A stretch of 64,000 bases of DNA from an uncultured Methylomirabilota bacterium (GTDB lineage: Bacteria; Methylomirabilota; Methylomirabilia; Methylomirabilales; 2-02-FULL-66-22): positions 704,001 through 768,000 of the forward strand of contig CAWJSJ010000002.1 of NCBI GenBank assembly GCA_963845565.1, written 5' to 3'. Of the stretch, positions 21,933 through 34,803 are shown one piece after another; the stretch's first letter is position 1, and each line of letters opens with the position of its first letter. The position numbers and the translations under genes are program-made. Below the pieces are notes generated by a model, which was not told where the DNA came from, did not search any database, and saw only the letters and a program-made list of their open reading frames with translations.

Positions 21933-22961
21933 ATGAAGGCCTTGATCAAGGACAAGCCCGTCAGAGGCGCCACACTCACCGACCGCCCGATTCCGAAGAT
22001 CGGCGACAATGACCTCTTGGTGAAGGTCCGCGCGGCGGCGGTGTGCGGGACGGACATCCACATCTATCAGTGGAACGAGTACGCATCCTCCCGGATCAAG
22101 CTGCCCCTTCTGTTCGGCCACGAATATGCCGCCGAAGTGGTCGAGGTGGGGAAGAACGTGGGTCACTTCAAGACGGGGGATCGCGTGGCGGCCGAGACCC
22201 ACATTCCCTGCGGCCACTGCTTTCAGTGCACGACCGGGCTCCAGCACATCTGCCGCGACATGAAGATCATCGGTGTCCACACCGACGGGGCATTCTCTGA
22301 GTACTCCGTCCTGCCCGCGGTCTGCGCCTGGAAGCTGGACCCCGGGATCTCGTACGAGATCGGCTCGACCATGGAGCCGTTCGGGATCGGCGTGCACGCC
22401 GTCTCCAAGACCAAACCGGCCGGGAAGAAGGTGGTGGTCTATGGCTGCGGGCCGATCGGTATCTATGCCCAGATGGTGGCCAAATTCAGCGGCGCCGAGT
22501 GTGTGATCGGCGTGGATGTGGCGAAGGAGCGCCTGAGTCTCGCCAAGCAGATGGGGACCGATGTGGTTCTGAACCCCAAGGAGGTGTCGGTCGTCGACGA
22601 GGTCAACAAGATCACCAAGGGGTTCGGCGCCGACATCGTCATCGAGCTGACCGGGAACAAGAACGTAGTGAATGACGCCAGCCGGAACCTTCGCCGCGGA
22701 GGCGATATGGTTCTGGTCGGCCTCTACTCGGGGTCGGTCGAGTGGGATCTGGTGAACAACGTGATCTACAAGGAAGCCAATGTGTTCGGGGTCACGGGCA
22801 GGATCATGTGGGACAGCTGGTGGACAGCCCAAGGGATCCTGCTGTCGGGCAAGGTGGACGTGACCCCGGTGATCACGCACACCTTTGGCCTGGATGACTA
22901 CGATCGAGCGATCCAGGCGGCGGAGTCCGCGAGCGGCGGGAAAGTGGTGTTCAAGATCTAA
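21933..22961 (+). CDS. tdh: Zn-dependent dehydrogenase, L-threonine 3-dehydrogenase-like
   Basis: CGTDIHIY, GHE, ETHIPCGHCFQC..C, GCGPIG, GVTGR, PVITH. Confidence 0.7.
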   Translation: MKALIKDKPVRGATLTDRPIPKIGDNDLLVKVRAAAVCGTDIHIYQWNEYASSRIKLPLLFGHEYAAEVVEVGKNVGHFKTGDRVAAETHIPCGHCFQCTTGLQHICRDMKIIGVHTDGAFSEYSVLPAVCAWKLDPGISYEIGSTMEPFGIGVHAVSKTKPAGKKVVVYGCGPIGIYAQMVAKFSGAECVIGVDVAKERLSLAKQMGTDVVLNPKEVSVVDEVNKITKGFGADIVIELTGNKNVVNDASRNLRRGGDMVLVGLYSGSVEWDLVNNVIYKEANVFGVTGRIMWDSWWTAQGILLSGKVDVTPVITHTFGLDDYDRAIQAAESASGGKVVFKI

Positions 22962-23126
22962 CGGGCCGCTAAAAACGGCCCATCTGCGGGGATCCATCCT
23001 CTGGATGGGTACCCCGCCCGCTCGGGCCCTCGCTGCGGCGTACCCAGTGTACGCTCACTCGGCCCCGGGTACCCATCCGGAGGATGGGTGACGCCGCCTG
23101 GCATCTGGACCTTTTTGAGCGGCCCG
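22962..23126. mobile_element. MITE-like repeat, family B, with nested palindromes
   Basis: Termini CGGGCCGCTAAAAACGGCCCATCTGC / GCATCTGGACCTTTTTGAGCGGCCCG; homologous to 44911-45037 in the opposite orientation. Confidence 0.8.
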
Positions 23127-23283
23127 ACGCCAAGCAGGCTTTTCGGCGGCCTGATCGGCGAGCCGAGTCAATATCTTCCGCCCTGGAATTGCGCGAGTGC
23201 GAAACCAGGGCGGTTTTTTGTGCCGCCCTTCTGGAAGGCGACCAGGTGTCATGCTATAGTGCCAGACGGAGGGAGGGGTGGGC

Positions 23284-23577
23284 ATGATCTCGATGAGTGC
23301 CCCGGCACGGCGGGAGTTCGAGGAATTGCGACGGGCAGGCAAGCCACGCCTCGGCATTCAGGTCGGTTTCATCTATGGGTGCGGCGGCGCGGGGTTCCGC
23401 GTCGTGTTCACCGAGGAGCCGGCCGGGGTCTCCCGCCTGGAGATCGAGGGAATCCCGATCGGGCTGGATGCCGAGAGTCGGGAGCGGCTGCGCGGCGCCG
23501 TGATCGATTGGGAAGAGAGCCCTGAGCGAGGCTTCGTCCTTCGGCATCCGGACGCCGCGCTGGTGGAATTCTGCTGA
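23284..23577 (+). CDS. HesB/IscA-like (A-type Fe-S carrier-like) protein
   Basis: GCGGAGF, LRGAVIDW..GFVL, terminal Cys. Confidence 0.65.
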   Translation: MISMSAPARREFEELRRAGKPRLGIQVGFIYGCGGAGFRVVFTEEPAGVSRLEIEGIPIGLDAESRERLRGAVIDWEESPERGFVLRHPDAALVEFC

Positions 23578-23629
23578 GCGGGGCGCCAGTGGCCCGCACA
23601 TGCGATCCATGGAAAGGAGGCACAGTCAA

Positions 23630-24391
23630 TTGAAACTCAAGGGAAAAGCAGCGCTGGTGACCGGAGGCGGCACCGGGATGGGGCGCGCGATCACTCTGAA
23701 GCTCGCAGGGGAGGGGGCCGATGTGGCCATCAACTACTCCCGGCGCGCGAAGGAAGCGGAGGAAACCGTCGAGGCGGCTCGGCGCCTCGGGGTTCGGGCC
23801 TTCGCCATGAAAGCCGATGTTGCGGTGGACGCCGAGGCGGTCCGGCTGGTAGACGAGACGGCGAAACAATTCGGCCGGCTGGACGTCTTGATCAACAACG
23901 CCGGCTGGAGCACGGTGGTCCCGCACCGGCAGCTGGACGGACTCACTGAGGAGGTCCTGGAGCGGACCTGGCAGATCAATGTCAAGGGGCCGATCTACGT
24001 CACCCGGGCGGCCATTCCCCACTTGGTGAAGGCGGGCGGGGGCGCCATCGTCAACACCACCTCTGTCGCGGCCTATCACGGGGCGGGCAGCTCGATCATC
24101 TACGGTGCGTCGAAGGCCGCCTTGGGGGCGATCACGAAATCCCTGGCCCGCGCCTTTGCCAAAGACAACATTCGGGTCAACGCCATCGCGCCGGGCTTCG
24201 TGGATACCCAGTTCGTCAACTGGCCTGCCGGCGTGAAGGAAAAAGCCATCGCGGGGAGCCCCATGGGCCGGATCCCGACGGTGGACGACGCCGCCAACGC
24301 CGTCCTCTACCTTGCCTGCGATGCCACCGGAGTGACCGCCCAGACGATCCTTGTGGACTGCGGCGTCACGGTTCTGCTGCCGGTCGTCTGA
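23630..24391 (+). CDS. Short-chain dehydrogenase/reductase (FabG-like)
   Basis: TGGGTGMG, NNAG, YGASK, RVNAIAPG; TTG start after AGGAGG. Confidence 0.92.
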   Translation: MKLKGKAALVTGGGTGMGRAITLKLAGEGADVAINYSRRAKEAEETVEAARRLGVRAFAMKADVAVDAEAVRLVDETAKQFGRLDVLINNAGWSTVVPHRQLDGLTEEVLERTWQINVKGPIYVTRAAIPHLVKAGGGAIVNTTSVAAYHGAGSSIIYGASKAALGAITKSLARAFAKDNIRVNAIAPGFVDTQFVNWPAGVKEKAIAGSPMGRIPTVDDAANAVLYLACDATGVTAQTILVDCGVTVLLPVV

Positions 24392-24411
24392 TTCGTACGC
24401 CTCGCCAGCTT

Positions 24412-24453
24412 CCCCCACAGGCAGAGCTGCAGGCTCTGCCTGTGGGGGTTTGT
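24412..24453 (+). terminator. Intrinsic terminator
   Basis: CCCCCACAGGCAGAGC-TGCAG-GCTCTGCCTGTGGGGG-TTTGT. Confidence 0.7.
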
Positions 24454-24521
24454 CCTTACATTGCCCATAATCCCATATACATTACCGGTTAAGTCCTGTT
24501 AAATATTTGTAAAAAAAGGGC

Positions 24522-24580
24522 TTGACGGAACTGCAGACTTGTAACAGATTATGGGTGTTCCGGTCAGACCACCTTACCAT
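24522..24580 (+). promoter_or_regulatory. AT-rich promoter with a FadR-type operator
   Basis: TTGACG -35 after an A tract; GGTCAGACCACCTTACCA resembles FadR/PdhR/LldR GGT-N3-ACC boxes; upstream of a FadR gene. Confidence 0.5.
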
Positions 24581-24691
24581 CTCACCACAATTTCTTTCTT
24601 TGGAGTCTTCATTAGCCGTCGGACACTGATCGATATCGGGACCCAAGGGTAGCTGCTGACCCAGTTGTGCGCGATCCGCCGGAGGTGTTTT

Positions 24692-25470
24692 GTGGAATCG
24701 GTGAGTCGCAGGGCGTTCCGGGTTGTTCGGAAGACGCGGGTCTCCGAAGAGATCGTCGGACAGGTTCGCGACCTCATCACGTCCGGCCGCCTGAAGGTCG
24801 GGGACCGGCTCCCCGCAGAGCGGGAACTTGCCACGGTCCTCGGGGTGGGCCGATCCACCGTCCGAGAGGCCATTCGGGCTCTGGAATCGCTCGGGATCCT
24901 CGAGGCCCGACCCGGCGAAGGCACCTTCCTGGTTTCCAACCCCGCCGACGCACAGCCCGACCCCATCACCGCCAACGCATTCAAGTCCTGGGAAAATCAG
25001 CGCAAGCTCTTCGAGGTCCGGATGGTCATCGAGCCGGACCTGGCGGCACTGGCCGCCCGCCGCGCCTCGTTTGAGCAGATCCTGAAGATGCGGGACGTCC
25101 TCCGGGAACAAGAAACATCCGTCCGGCAGGGAGAAACCGGCATCAAGGCCGACTCGACGTTCCATTTTCTCATGGCGGAGGCCGCCGGGAACGAGATCCT
25201 GCTCCGCATCATGGACAGCCTGATGGATCTCCTGCGGGAGACGCGCGAGACGAGCTTGCAGGCCAGCGGCCGCTCGATCCGTTCCCTGAAGCAGCACAAG
25301 GCGCTCCTGCGCGCCATCGAGACCCGGGATCCCGCCGCCGCGGAGCGCCACATGCGCGAGCACATCACCGAAATGGAAAAACTGGTCTTCTCGACCCAGG
25401 AGTGGCCGGTGGGATCGACCGTCGAATCCGCTCCGCCCCGCCACTTTCCAGGGTGGGAGAATCTGCGTGA
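24692..25470 (+). CDS. GntR/FadR-family transcriptional regulator (3' end inferred; probable 1-bp indel ~25430-25450)
   Basis: GDRLPAERELA..GVGRSTVREA HTH and FCD domain; TGA at 25468 overlaps the GTG of the next gene. Confidence 0.85.
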
Positions 25471-27587
25471 ACGAGGTGGCATCGGAAGAGCGAAAATTCA
25501 AGGTCGCCGAGGCGTTCCTCGAGGACGTCGGCAAGGGGTACGCCCGCATGGATGCGGACGACCTGATCAAGCTGCGCGCCGCCCCGGGGGACGTGCTCTT
25601 GATCACGGGGCGTCGCCCCACGGTGGCGCGGGCGGTCCAGGCGCCCCCGAGTCACTGCGGCCAGTATCTGATCATGATGGACGGGACCACGCGCAACAAC
25701 GCGCAGGCCGGCGTGGACGAGTTCGTCACCGTCAAGAAGGTCCCCTTCAAGGCGGCCAATTCGGTCCTGCTGTCGCCAGTCCAGGCGAATCAGAGCGCCC
25801 CCACCGAGGAGGAGATCCCGCACATCCGGCAGCTCTTGCTCGGGCTTCCCGTCATCATCGGGGACAGCCTCCAGATCACGTTCCTGGGGTCGCGACCTCG
25901 GTCGTTCACGGTCGACGGCTCGAATCCGCGCGGTGCGGTCCTTATCTCCAACGACACCGTGATCGCCTTCCGTCCGCCCGAGGTGTCGGCGGAAAAAGCC
26001 TACCGCATTTCCTACGAGGACATCGGCGGCCTGGATCGGGAGGTCTCGCTGGTCCGGGAGATGGTCGAGCTGCCCTTGAAGTTTCCCCAGCTTTTCGGCA
26101 TGCTCGGCATCGATCCGCCGAGGGGCGTCCTGCTCACCGGACCTCCCGGCACGGGCAAGACGCTCATCGCCCGGGCCGTCTCCCACGAGGTGCGGGCCCA
26201 CTTCATCCATATCAACGGGCCCGAGGTCATCCACAAGTTCTATGGTGAGAGCGAAGCCAAGTTACGCCAGGTCTTCGAAGAGGCCCAACGGAACGCCCCC
26301 AGCATCATCTTCCTGGACGAGATCGACGCCCTGGCGCCCAAGCGCTCCGTGGTGGTGGGGGACGTGGAGAAGCGGGTAGTGGCCCAGTTGCTCGCCCTCA
26401 TGGATGGCCTGGTGGAGCGGGGCGAGGTGATGGTGATCGGGGCCACCAACATGCCGGACCTGGTGGACCCGGCCCTCCGGCGCCCTGGTCGGTTCGATCG
26501 CGAGATCACCATCGGCGTCCCGGGGCGCGAGGGGCGACGGCACATCCTGGGCATCCACTCGCGCCGGATGCCGCTGGCGTCGGACGTGGACCTGGACCAG
26601 TTGGCGGACATCACCCATGGGTACGTCGGCGCCGATCTGGCCGTCCTCTGCAAGGAGGCCGGAATGGTGGCCCTGCGCCGGCTGCTGCCCCAGGTGCGGT
26701 TCGAAGTGGACGGCAAGCCCGAACTGGACAATGTCAAGGCCCGGATCGTCCTCGACGACTTCATGGCGGCCTTCAAGGTCGTCGCGCCCACCGCCACGCG
26801 GGAGTTCCTGGCCGAGCGGCCGCGGATGACCCTCAAGGATGTGGGCGGCCTTGCCGAGACCAAGCGCACCTTGCTCTCCATCGTGCAGCTTTTCCGCGGG
26901 GGCGGTGCCCTGGTCGGTCACACCCGGTTCAGCCCGCCGAAGGGGATCCTCCTCACCGGTCCATCGGGGACCGGCAAGACCATCCTGGCCCGGGCCTTGG
27001 CCGGGGAGATGGGGCTCACCCTGATAACAGTGGATCAGCCGAGCCTGCTTTCCAAGTGGGTCGGCGAGTCGGAGAAGGGGTTGCGCGAGGTCTTCAAGCG
27101 GGCAAAGCAGGCCTCGCCCTGTATCCTCTTCTTCGACGAGATCGAATCCCTGGTCCCGGTCCGGTCCGCCCTGGAGGCCGGCAGTCTCTTCTCCCGTCTG
27201 GTCAGCCAGCTTTTCCGGGAACTGGACGACCTGCACGGGTCGCTGGGCGTGGTCGTCCTGGGAGCCACCAATCGGCCCGACATGATGGAGCCCGCACTCC
27301 TGCGGGCGGGCCGCTTCGACTACGTCCTGGAGCTGCCGCTTCCGACGCGGGACGAGCGGCGGGAGATCCTGGCCATCCAGACCGAGGGCCTGCCCCTCAC
27401 CGATGACGTGAACCTGGCGGAACTGGCGGACGCCACGGGCGGATGGACCGGGGCGGATCTGGAGCTGGTCTGCAAGAAGGCGGCGATCCTGGCGCTGGAG
27501 GAGTATCGTAACCGGCCGTCCGAGACCTTCCGCCTGACCGCGCGGCATCTTGCGGACGCCCGGGCGCAGGTGAAAACCATGAAATAG
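25467..27587 (+). CDS. CDC48/VCP/VAT-family double AAA+ ATPase
   Basis: N-domain (DVGKGYARMD), SYEDIGGL, GPPGTGKT/FLDEID, ALRRPGRFDRE, GPSGTGKT/FFDEIE, KWVGESEK. Confidence 0.92.
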   Translation: MNEVASEERKFKVAEAFLEDVGKGYARMDADDLIKLRAAPGDVLLITGRRPTVARAVQAPPSHCGQYLIMMDGTTRNNAQAGVDEFVTVKKVPFKAANSVLLSPVQANQSAPTEEEIPHIRQLLLGLPVIIGDSLQITFLGSRPRSFTVDGSNPRGAVLISNDTVIAFRPPEVSAEKAYRISYEDIGGLDREVSLVREMVELPLKFPQLFGMLGIDPPRGVLLTGPPGTGKTLIARAVSHEVRAHFIHINGPEVIHKFYGESEAKLRQVFEEAQRNAPSIIFLDEIDALAPKRSVVVGDVEKRVVAQLLALMDGLVERGEVMVIGATNMPDLVDPALRRPGRFDREITIGVPGREGRRHILGIHSRRMPLASDVDLDQLADITHGYVGADLAVLCKEAGMVALRRLLPQVRFEVDGKPELDNVKARIVLDDFMAAFKVVAPTATREFLAERPRMTLKDVGGLAETKRTLLSIVQLFRGGGALVGHTRFSPPKGILLTGPSGTGKTILARALAGEMGLTLITVDQPSLLSKWVGESEKGLREVFKRAKQASPCILFFDEIESLVPVRSALEAGSLFSRLVSQLFRELDDLHGSLGVVVLGATNRPDMMEPALLRAGRFDYVLELPLPTRDERREILAIQTEGLPLTDDVNLAELADATGGWTGADLELVCKKAAILALEEYRNRPSETFRLTARHLADARAQVKTMK

Positions 27588-27689
27588 TCCCGCGAGCGGG
27601 ACGATCGGAAGGAGGTGACGGCAGACTCGCGGTGCAACGCGAGATCCGGTGGAGGCGAGGTTAATAACTAGCAGGTCAAGGAGGGACTC

Positions 27690-28295
27690 ATGGCAAGTAT
27701 CAAACAGATCACGGTATGGGCTCGAGGCGTCATTCAGGATAAGGAAGGACGCGATATCTCTAATGGCATCGCGGCGGCCGCAGGTTTCGAGGGCAAGTTT
27801 AACCAGTCGTTCGACAACTACGTGGATCTTCCGGATCGGGTGAACGTCCCCCTGCGGAAGTACGCGCGGATCAGCGACGAGGAGATCGAGGAGCGGTACG
27901 AGTACGAGAACCTGCATCCGGAAATCGTCATTCTGGCGGATGCCACCATCGCGAAGGGGATGAACGTCCTGCTCGGGATGCAAAAAGGCGGCACGCTGTT
28001 GGTCAACACCAACCGGGCGCCTGAAGACATCCTGAAGTTCATCCCGAACAAGGACCTGCTGAAGCAGATCGTCTGCGTGGACGCCAACGCCATCTGCGGC
28101 GTTCAGACGGTGGACTTCTCCGGCTCCGAGGGCGGCGTGGACATGCTGGGTATGGGCTCGGGCGTCGCGGCCCCCATCCTGGGCGCGCTCGTCAAAGCCA
28201 CCAGTGTGGTGAAGCTCGAGAGCCTTGCCAAGGTGGTCAAGAACAGCGAGGCCATGTACAAGGGGTACGATCAGGCGAAGGTGAAGACCCTGTAG
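27690..28295 (+). CDS. Oxalate oxidoreductase-like 2-oxoacid:ferredoxin oxidoreductase, gamma-domain subunit
   Basis: KQITVWARGV, NYVDLPDR, YARIS, SGSEGG; matches my recollection of the Moorella OOR gamma domain. Confidence 0.8.
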   Translation: MASIKQITVWARGVIQDKEGRDISNGIAAAAGFEGKFNQSFDNYVDLPDRVNVPLRKYARISDEEIEERYEYENLHPEIVILADATIAKGMNVLLGMQKGGTLLVNTNRAPEDILKFIPNKDLLKQIVCVDANAICGVQTVDFSGSEGGVDMLGMGSGVAAPILGALVKATSVVKLESLAKVVKNSEAMYKGYDQAKVKTL

Positions 28296-28327
28296 GGACG
28301 GGGTCCATTTCAAGAGGAGGTTAGGCG

Positions 28328-28660
28328 ATGCCGCATTTCAAGATCCCGAAGGAAAAAGAGGTGCCCCTCGGTTGTATCACGCCGGCGCCGGTTGGCGAGC
28401 AGCCCATGATGATCACGGGCAACTGGCGGATCTATCGGCCGGTGCTCGACCCCGAGAAGTGCAACCTGTGCATGAGCTGTATCATCTTCTGCCCGGACGC
28501 CTGCTGGCAGCTCAACGCGGAAGAGGACGAGCCGGTGTGGAACGCGAAGTATTGCAAGGGTTGCGCGATCTGTGTCAACGAGTGCACCTCTGGCGCACTG
28601 ACCAGGGCCTATGAGCTGGATTTCGAGGACGGCGTGGTCCGACTGGAAAAACCGTTCTAA
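28328..28660 (+). CDS. OOR-like delta (2x[4Fe-4S]) subunit
   Basis: TGNWRIYRP, CNLCMSCIIFCPD, YCKGCAICVNECTSGAL, ELDFED. Confidence 0.85.
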   Translation: MPHFKIPKEKEVPLGCITPAPVGEQPMMITGNWRIYRPVLDPEKCNLCMSCIIFCPDACWQLNAEEDEPVWNAKYCKGCAICVNECTSGALTRAYELDFEDGVVRLEKPF

Positions 28661-28673
28661 GGAGGGAGTTCCC

Positions 28674-30971
<2,298 letters not shown>

Positions 30972-31052
30972 AGCCGGTTCCTGGTCACGTCGGGAGGGCA
31001 TGCGAGTTCCTGAGCAGGTAAGCATTGCGCACCCGAGACGGTTGGACAACTG

Positions 31053-31119
31053 GGGCAGAGGGGTCTCTCGGTCGTCCGGAAGAGCGGACGGGCGAGGTAC
31101 GACCCCTCTGCCCTTTTTT
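31053..31119 (+). terminator. Intrinsic terminator after the OOR operon
   Basis: GGGCAGAGGGGTC...GACCCCTCTGCCC followed by a T run. Confidence 0.7.
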
Positions 31120-31387
31120 GATGTGCGCCCCGCACGCCGGACGCGGGCCTGGGCATGGGGCGGCGCGGCGGTCGTTTCCGTCTCGGCGAGAGGCGGAGAG
31201 GCGGGATGCATCCTGGTGACGAAAACCGCAACCCTGGGCGTCTGATTCGGCGGAATCGCCCAGTGCGTTGATGTACTCTTGCTTTATCGGGCTCATGGTA
31301 TCGAGAACCCCGGTGGACATCTCGATGCCGTCGCTGTGGGCGCCAATGAAGACGCCCAGGCACTAACATCCGGGGCGGAGGGAACCC

Positions 31388-32390
31388 ATGAACAGACAGT
31401 GGGGACCGACAGCGTGGCGGCGGATGCTGGTCATCGCTCTGGCTCTTGGGATCGCCGGGCTATGGAGCGGAACGGCGCGCCGCGGCCTGGGAGCCGACCA
31501 AGCCGGTGGAGTTCAACGTGCCGCCGGCACCGGGGGCGGGGCCGACATCATGGCCCGCTTCATTTCCCCGCTCTTCCAGAAGAACAAAATCACGGACAAG
31601 CCATTTATCGTGACCAACCGGTCGGGCGGTGCGGGAGCGGAGGGCTTCCTGCACGTGAAGGGCAAGGCGGGCGACGACCATACGATCGTCATCACCCTGG
31701 ACAACCTCTTCACGACGCCGCTAGCGACGGGCATACCCTTCAACTGGAAAGACCTCACCCCGATCAGCCGGCTGGCCCTCGACTACTTCGTCCTCTGGGT
31801 GAACGCCGAGAGCCCGTACAAGACGGCCAAGGAGTACTTCGACGCCGTCAAGAAGGAGCCCGGCAAGTTCAAGATGGCCGGGACCGGGACCAAGCAGGAG
31901 GACCAGATCGTCACCGTCCAGTTGGAGCAGGCGTTCGGCGTCGAAGTGGGCCTACGTGCCCTTCAAGGGCGGCGGCGAGGTGTGCGTGGAGTTGGTGGGC
32001 AAGCATGTGGATTCCACCGTGAACAACCCCTCCGAGTGCCGTGAGCCACTGGCGGGCGGGGAAGGTGCGCCCGCTGGCGGTGATCGACCACGAGCGAATC
32101 CCGTTGCCCATGTGGGATCAGATCCCGACCCTGAAAGAGGCCACGGGCATCGATATCAGCTACCTGATGTTGCGCGGCATCTTCGCGGCGCCCAAGATCA
32201 AGAAGGAAGTCCAGGACGGGTACGTCGCACTCTTCAAGAAGGTGACGAAACCGAGGACTACAAGAAGTACCTGAAGGACAACGCCCTCAAGGGCGCCTTC
32301 CAGTCCGGCCCAGAGTTCGTGAACTGGGTCGAGGAGCAGGACACGCTCCACAAGACGTTGATGGAAAAAGGCGGAATGATGAAGCAGTAA
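31388..32390 (+). CDS. tctC: Tripartite tricarboxylate transporter substrate-binding protein TctC (several frameshifts)
   Basis: WEPTKPVEFNV/AGTGGGADIMAR, NRSGGAG, PFKGGGE, PTLKE across frames. Confidence 0.8.
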
Positions 32391-32520
32391 GCTTCTGTGC
32401 AGATAGGGCGTGACCGGCTTCGGATAGCGACCGAGCGGGGCCACGCGAACCGTGCAGCGTCTCCGGGGGGCGATGCGTCTCCCCGGAGACGCACGCTGTT
32501 GTGCTGAACGAGGAGAAGCC

Positions 32521-33002
32521 ATGACCTATAAGATGGCCGATCTCATGATCGCGGGCATCCTCTTATGACTTGGCGTCCTTGTCGTCGCGGATTCGTTTCG
32601 ACTCGGAAGCGGTTGGGGGATGGAAGGGCCCAAAGCCGGGTTCTTCCCGTTTTTCATGGCCGCGATCGCTGTGGTCGGTTGCGTGGTGGTCGTCGGCAGG
32701 CCATGAAAGGGACGTCCTCCGTGAAGGGCAACAAACCGTTCGTGCCTTCCGGCGGAATGAAGCCGGTCCTCACGGTGTTCGTCCCGGCCTGTGGGATGAT
32801 CCTTGCTGACCGAGGTCGTCGGATTGTATGTCGCGGCGATGATCTATCTCGCGGGCTACATCAGGATCGTCGGCGAATACCGCTGGAGGACCGTGCTGCT
32901 CGTCAGCATCCCCATTCCCCTGATCTTCTACTGGGTGTTCGAGAAGATCTTCCTCATTCCGATGCCTGCGGGGATGTTCGGGCGCAGATCCTTCGATTCT
33001 GA
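32521..33002 (+). CDS. tctB: TTT small permease TctB (frameshifted)
   Basis: GPKAGFFPF, four hydrophobic segments, VFEKIFLIPMPAG. Confidence 0.7.
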
Positions 33003-33023
33003 GCGGAAAGGAGTCATCCAGCC

Positions 33024-34551
33024 ATGGACATCCTTACCAACCTGACGTTCGGGCTCAAGGTCGCCGGCGAGCCCTATAATCTCATGGTCGCCGCCGCCGG
33101 GCTCATCCTCGGCGTCATCGTCGGCGTCCTGCCGGGGCTCGGCGGGGCCAACGGCTGCGCCATCCTGATCCCCGTGACCTTCGTCATGCCTCCGGTGGCG
33201 GCCGTGATCCTGCTCTCCTGCCTCTACTGGGGGTCGCTCTACGGAGGCTGCCATCTGCTCGATCCTCTTCAACATTCCCGGCGAGCCGTGGGCGGTGGCC
33301 ACCACCTTCGACGGCTATCCCATGGCCAAGAAGGGCCAGGCCGGACTGGCGCTCAGTGCCGCGTTCTTCGCGCATTTTGTGCGGCGCCGTTCTTGGCACG
33401 ATCGCTCTTGACGTTCTTCGCGCCCGTGCTGGCCGCCTTTGCCCTGCGCTTCGGCCCGCCGGAGGTCTTCGCGGTCATGCTCCTCACCTTCAGCGCCTTC
33501 GTCGGTCTGGTGGGAAAGTCGCCCATCAAGACGCTGGTCGCGACCGCCTTCGGATTCATCATGGCCTCGGTGGGCATCGACATCGTCAGCGGCGAGCTGC
33601 GCCTGACCTTCGGGTCCTGACGGCCCTGATGGGCGGCTTCAGCTTCATCGTCGCGGTCATCGGCCTCTTCGGCATCGGCGAGATCTTCCAGACCGTCGAG
33701 GAGGGCCTCAAGATCGAGGGGGTCAAGGCTACCGGATGCAATGGGAGCGACATCATCGACACCTTCAGAGACATGGCGACGGTACCGGAAGAACCTGCTC
33801 CTGAGCTCCATCGTCGGCTGCTGGATGGGCTTCAAGCCCGGCGGCGCCACGCCGGCCTCGTTCATGGCCTATGGCTTCGCCAAGGGGGCGCCGGAAAAGA
33901 AGAGGACGAGTACGGCAAGGGCCACGTTGCGGGCATCCTCTCGCCCGAGGTCGGCGGCGCACGGCGCCGGCACCTCGGCCATGCTTCCCATGATCACGCT
34001 GGGCATTCCCGGGGTCTCCCACGGCGGCGGTCATCATCGGCGGCCTGATGATCTGGGGCCTCCAGCCGGGCCCGATGCTCTTCAAGGACAACCCGGATTT
34101 CGTCTGGGGAATGATCGCCAGCACCTGGTACGCGAATATCCTCGGCCTGCGTCGTCGTCGTCGCGTTCGCGCCCGCTGTTCGCGTCGGTCCTCCGGATTC
34201 CGTTCGCGATCCTGATGCCCCTCCTGATCTTCATCTGCGCCATCGGCGCCTATGCGGTCAACAACCGGATGATCGACATCTGGTACATGATGCTCTTCGG
34301 GATCATCGGCTATTTCGTTCAAGAAGCTGAACTACACCATGGCCCCCATGCTGCTGGCGCTGGTGCTGGGCGACATGGCGGAATCGGCGCTGCGGCAAGG
34401 CCTGATCATGTCCCAGGGGTCGCTCTTGATCTTCCTCCGCCCGCCGATTACGCTGCCGCTGCGTCATCGGGGCAGCCGTGATCGGATTCTGGCCGCTGAT
34501 CCAGGCCACTAAGGCGTCGCCCCGACGGAACGGCAGGAGTGCCGCGGCTGA
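33024..34551 (+). CDS. tctA: TTT large permease TctA (many frameshifts; end approximate)
   Basis: GVLPGLG, ILFNIPGE, TTFDGYPMAKKG, FGPPE, PMITLGIPG, GLQPGP fragments. Confidence 0.8.
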
Positions 34552-34803
34552 ATGGGTGATACGGGGACGCCCAGCCCAACGCCAGCGCGGCACTCGGCTG
34601 GCGTTGGCGTCATCGCGGTCGGGTCGGCAGCCCGAGATTGGCCCGCCAGGGGATTTGCGTGCACGGATTGACCGTGGGGGTCCACGCCAAGGCGTGAGGA
34701 CAGGAACGCGGAAAACAGGCTGAGGGATTCTGCCCGGCACTGACATCGCGCGATCGGCCGTACGACGACCGGAACCTTTTGGAGTCATTGGAGGGAGCAT
34801 GTT

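Noticed and set aside
23572..23600. Sec read-through at the HesB-like C-terminal TGC-TGA followed by a GC hairpin
   Set aside because: Read-through gives no recognisable motif and runs out of frame into the SDR gene; a normal stop is simpler
24665..26248. 527-aa FadR with a long extension
   Set aside because: The extension is an off-frame read of cdc48; a single indel near 25440 explains it
34600..34803. yybP-ykoY Mn riboswitch upstream of terC
   Set aside because: Expected from context, but I could not find its conserved motifs
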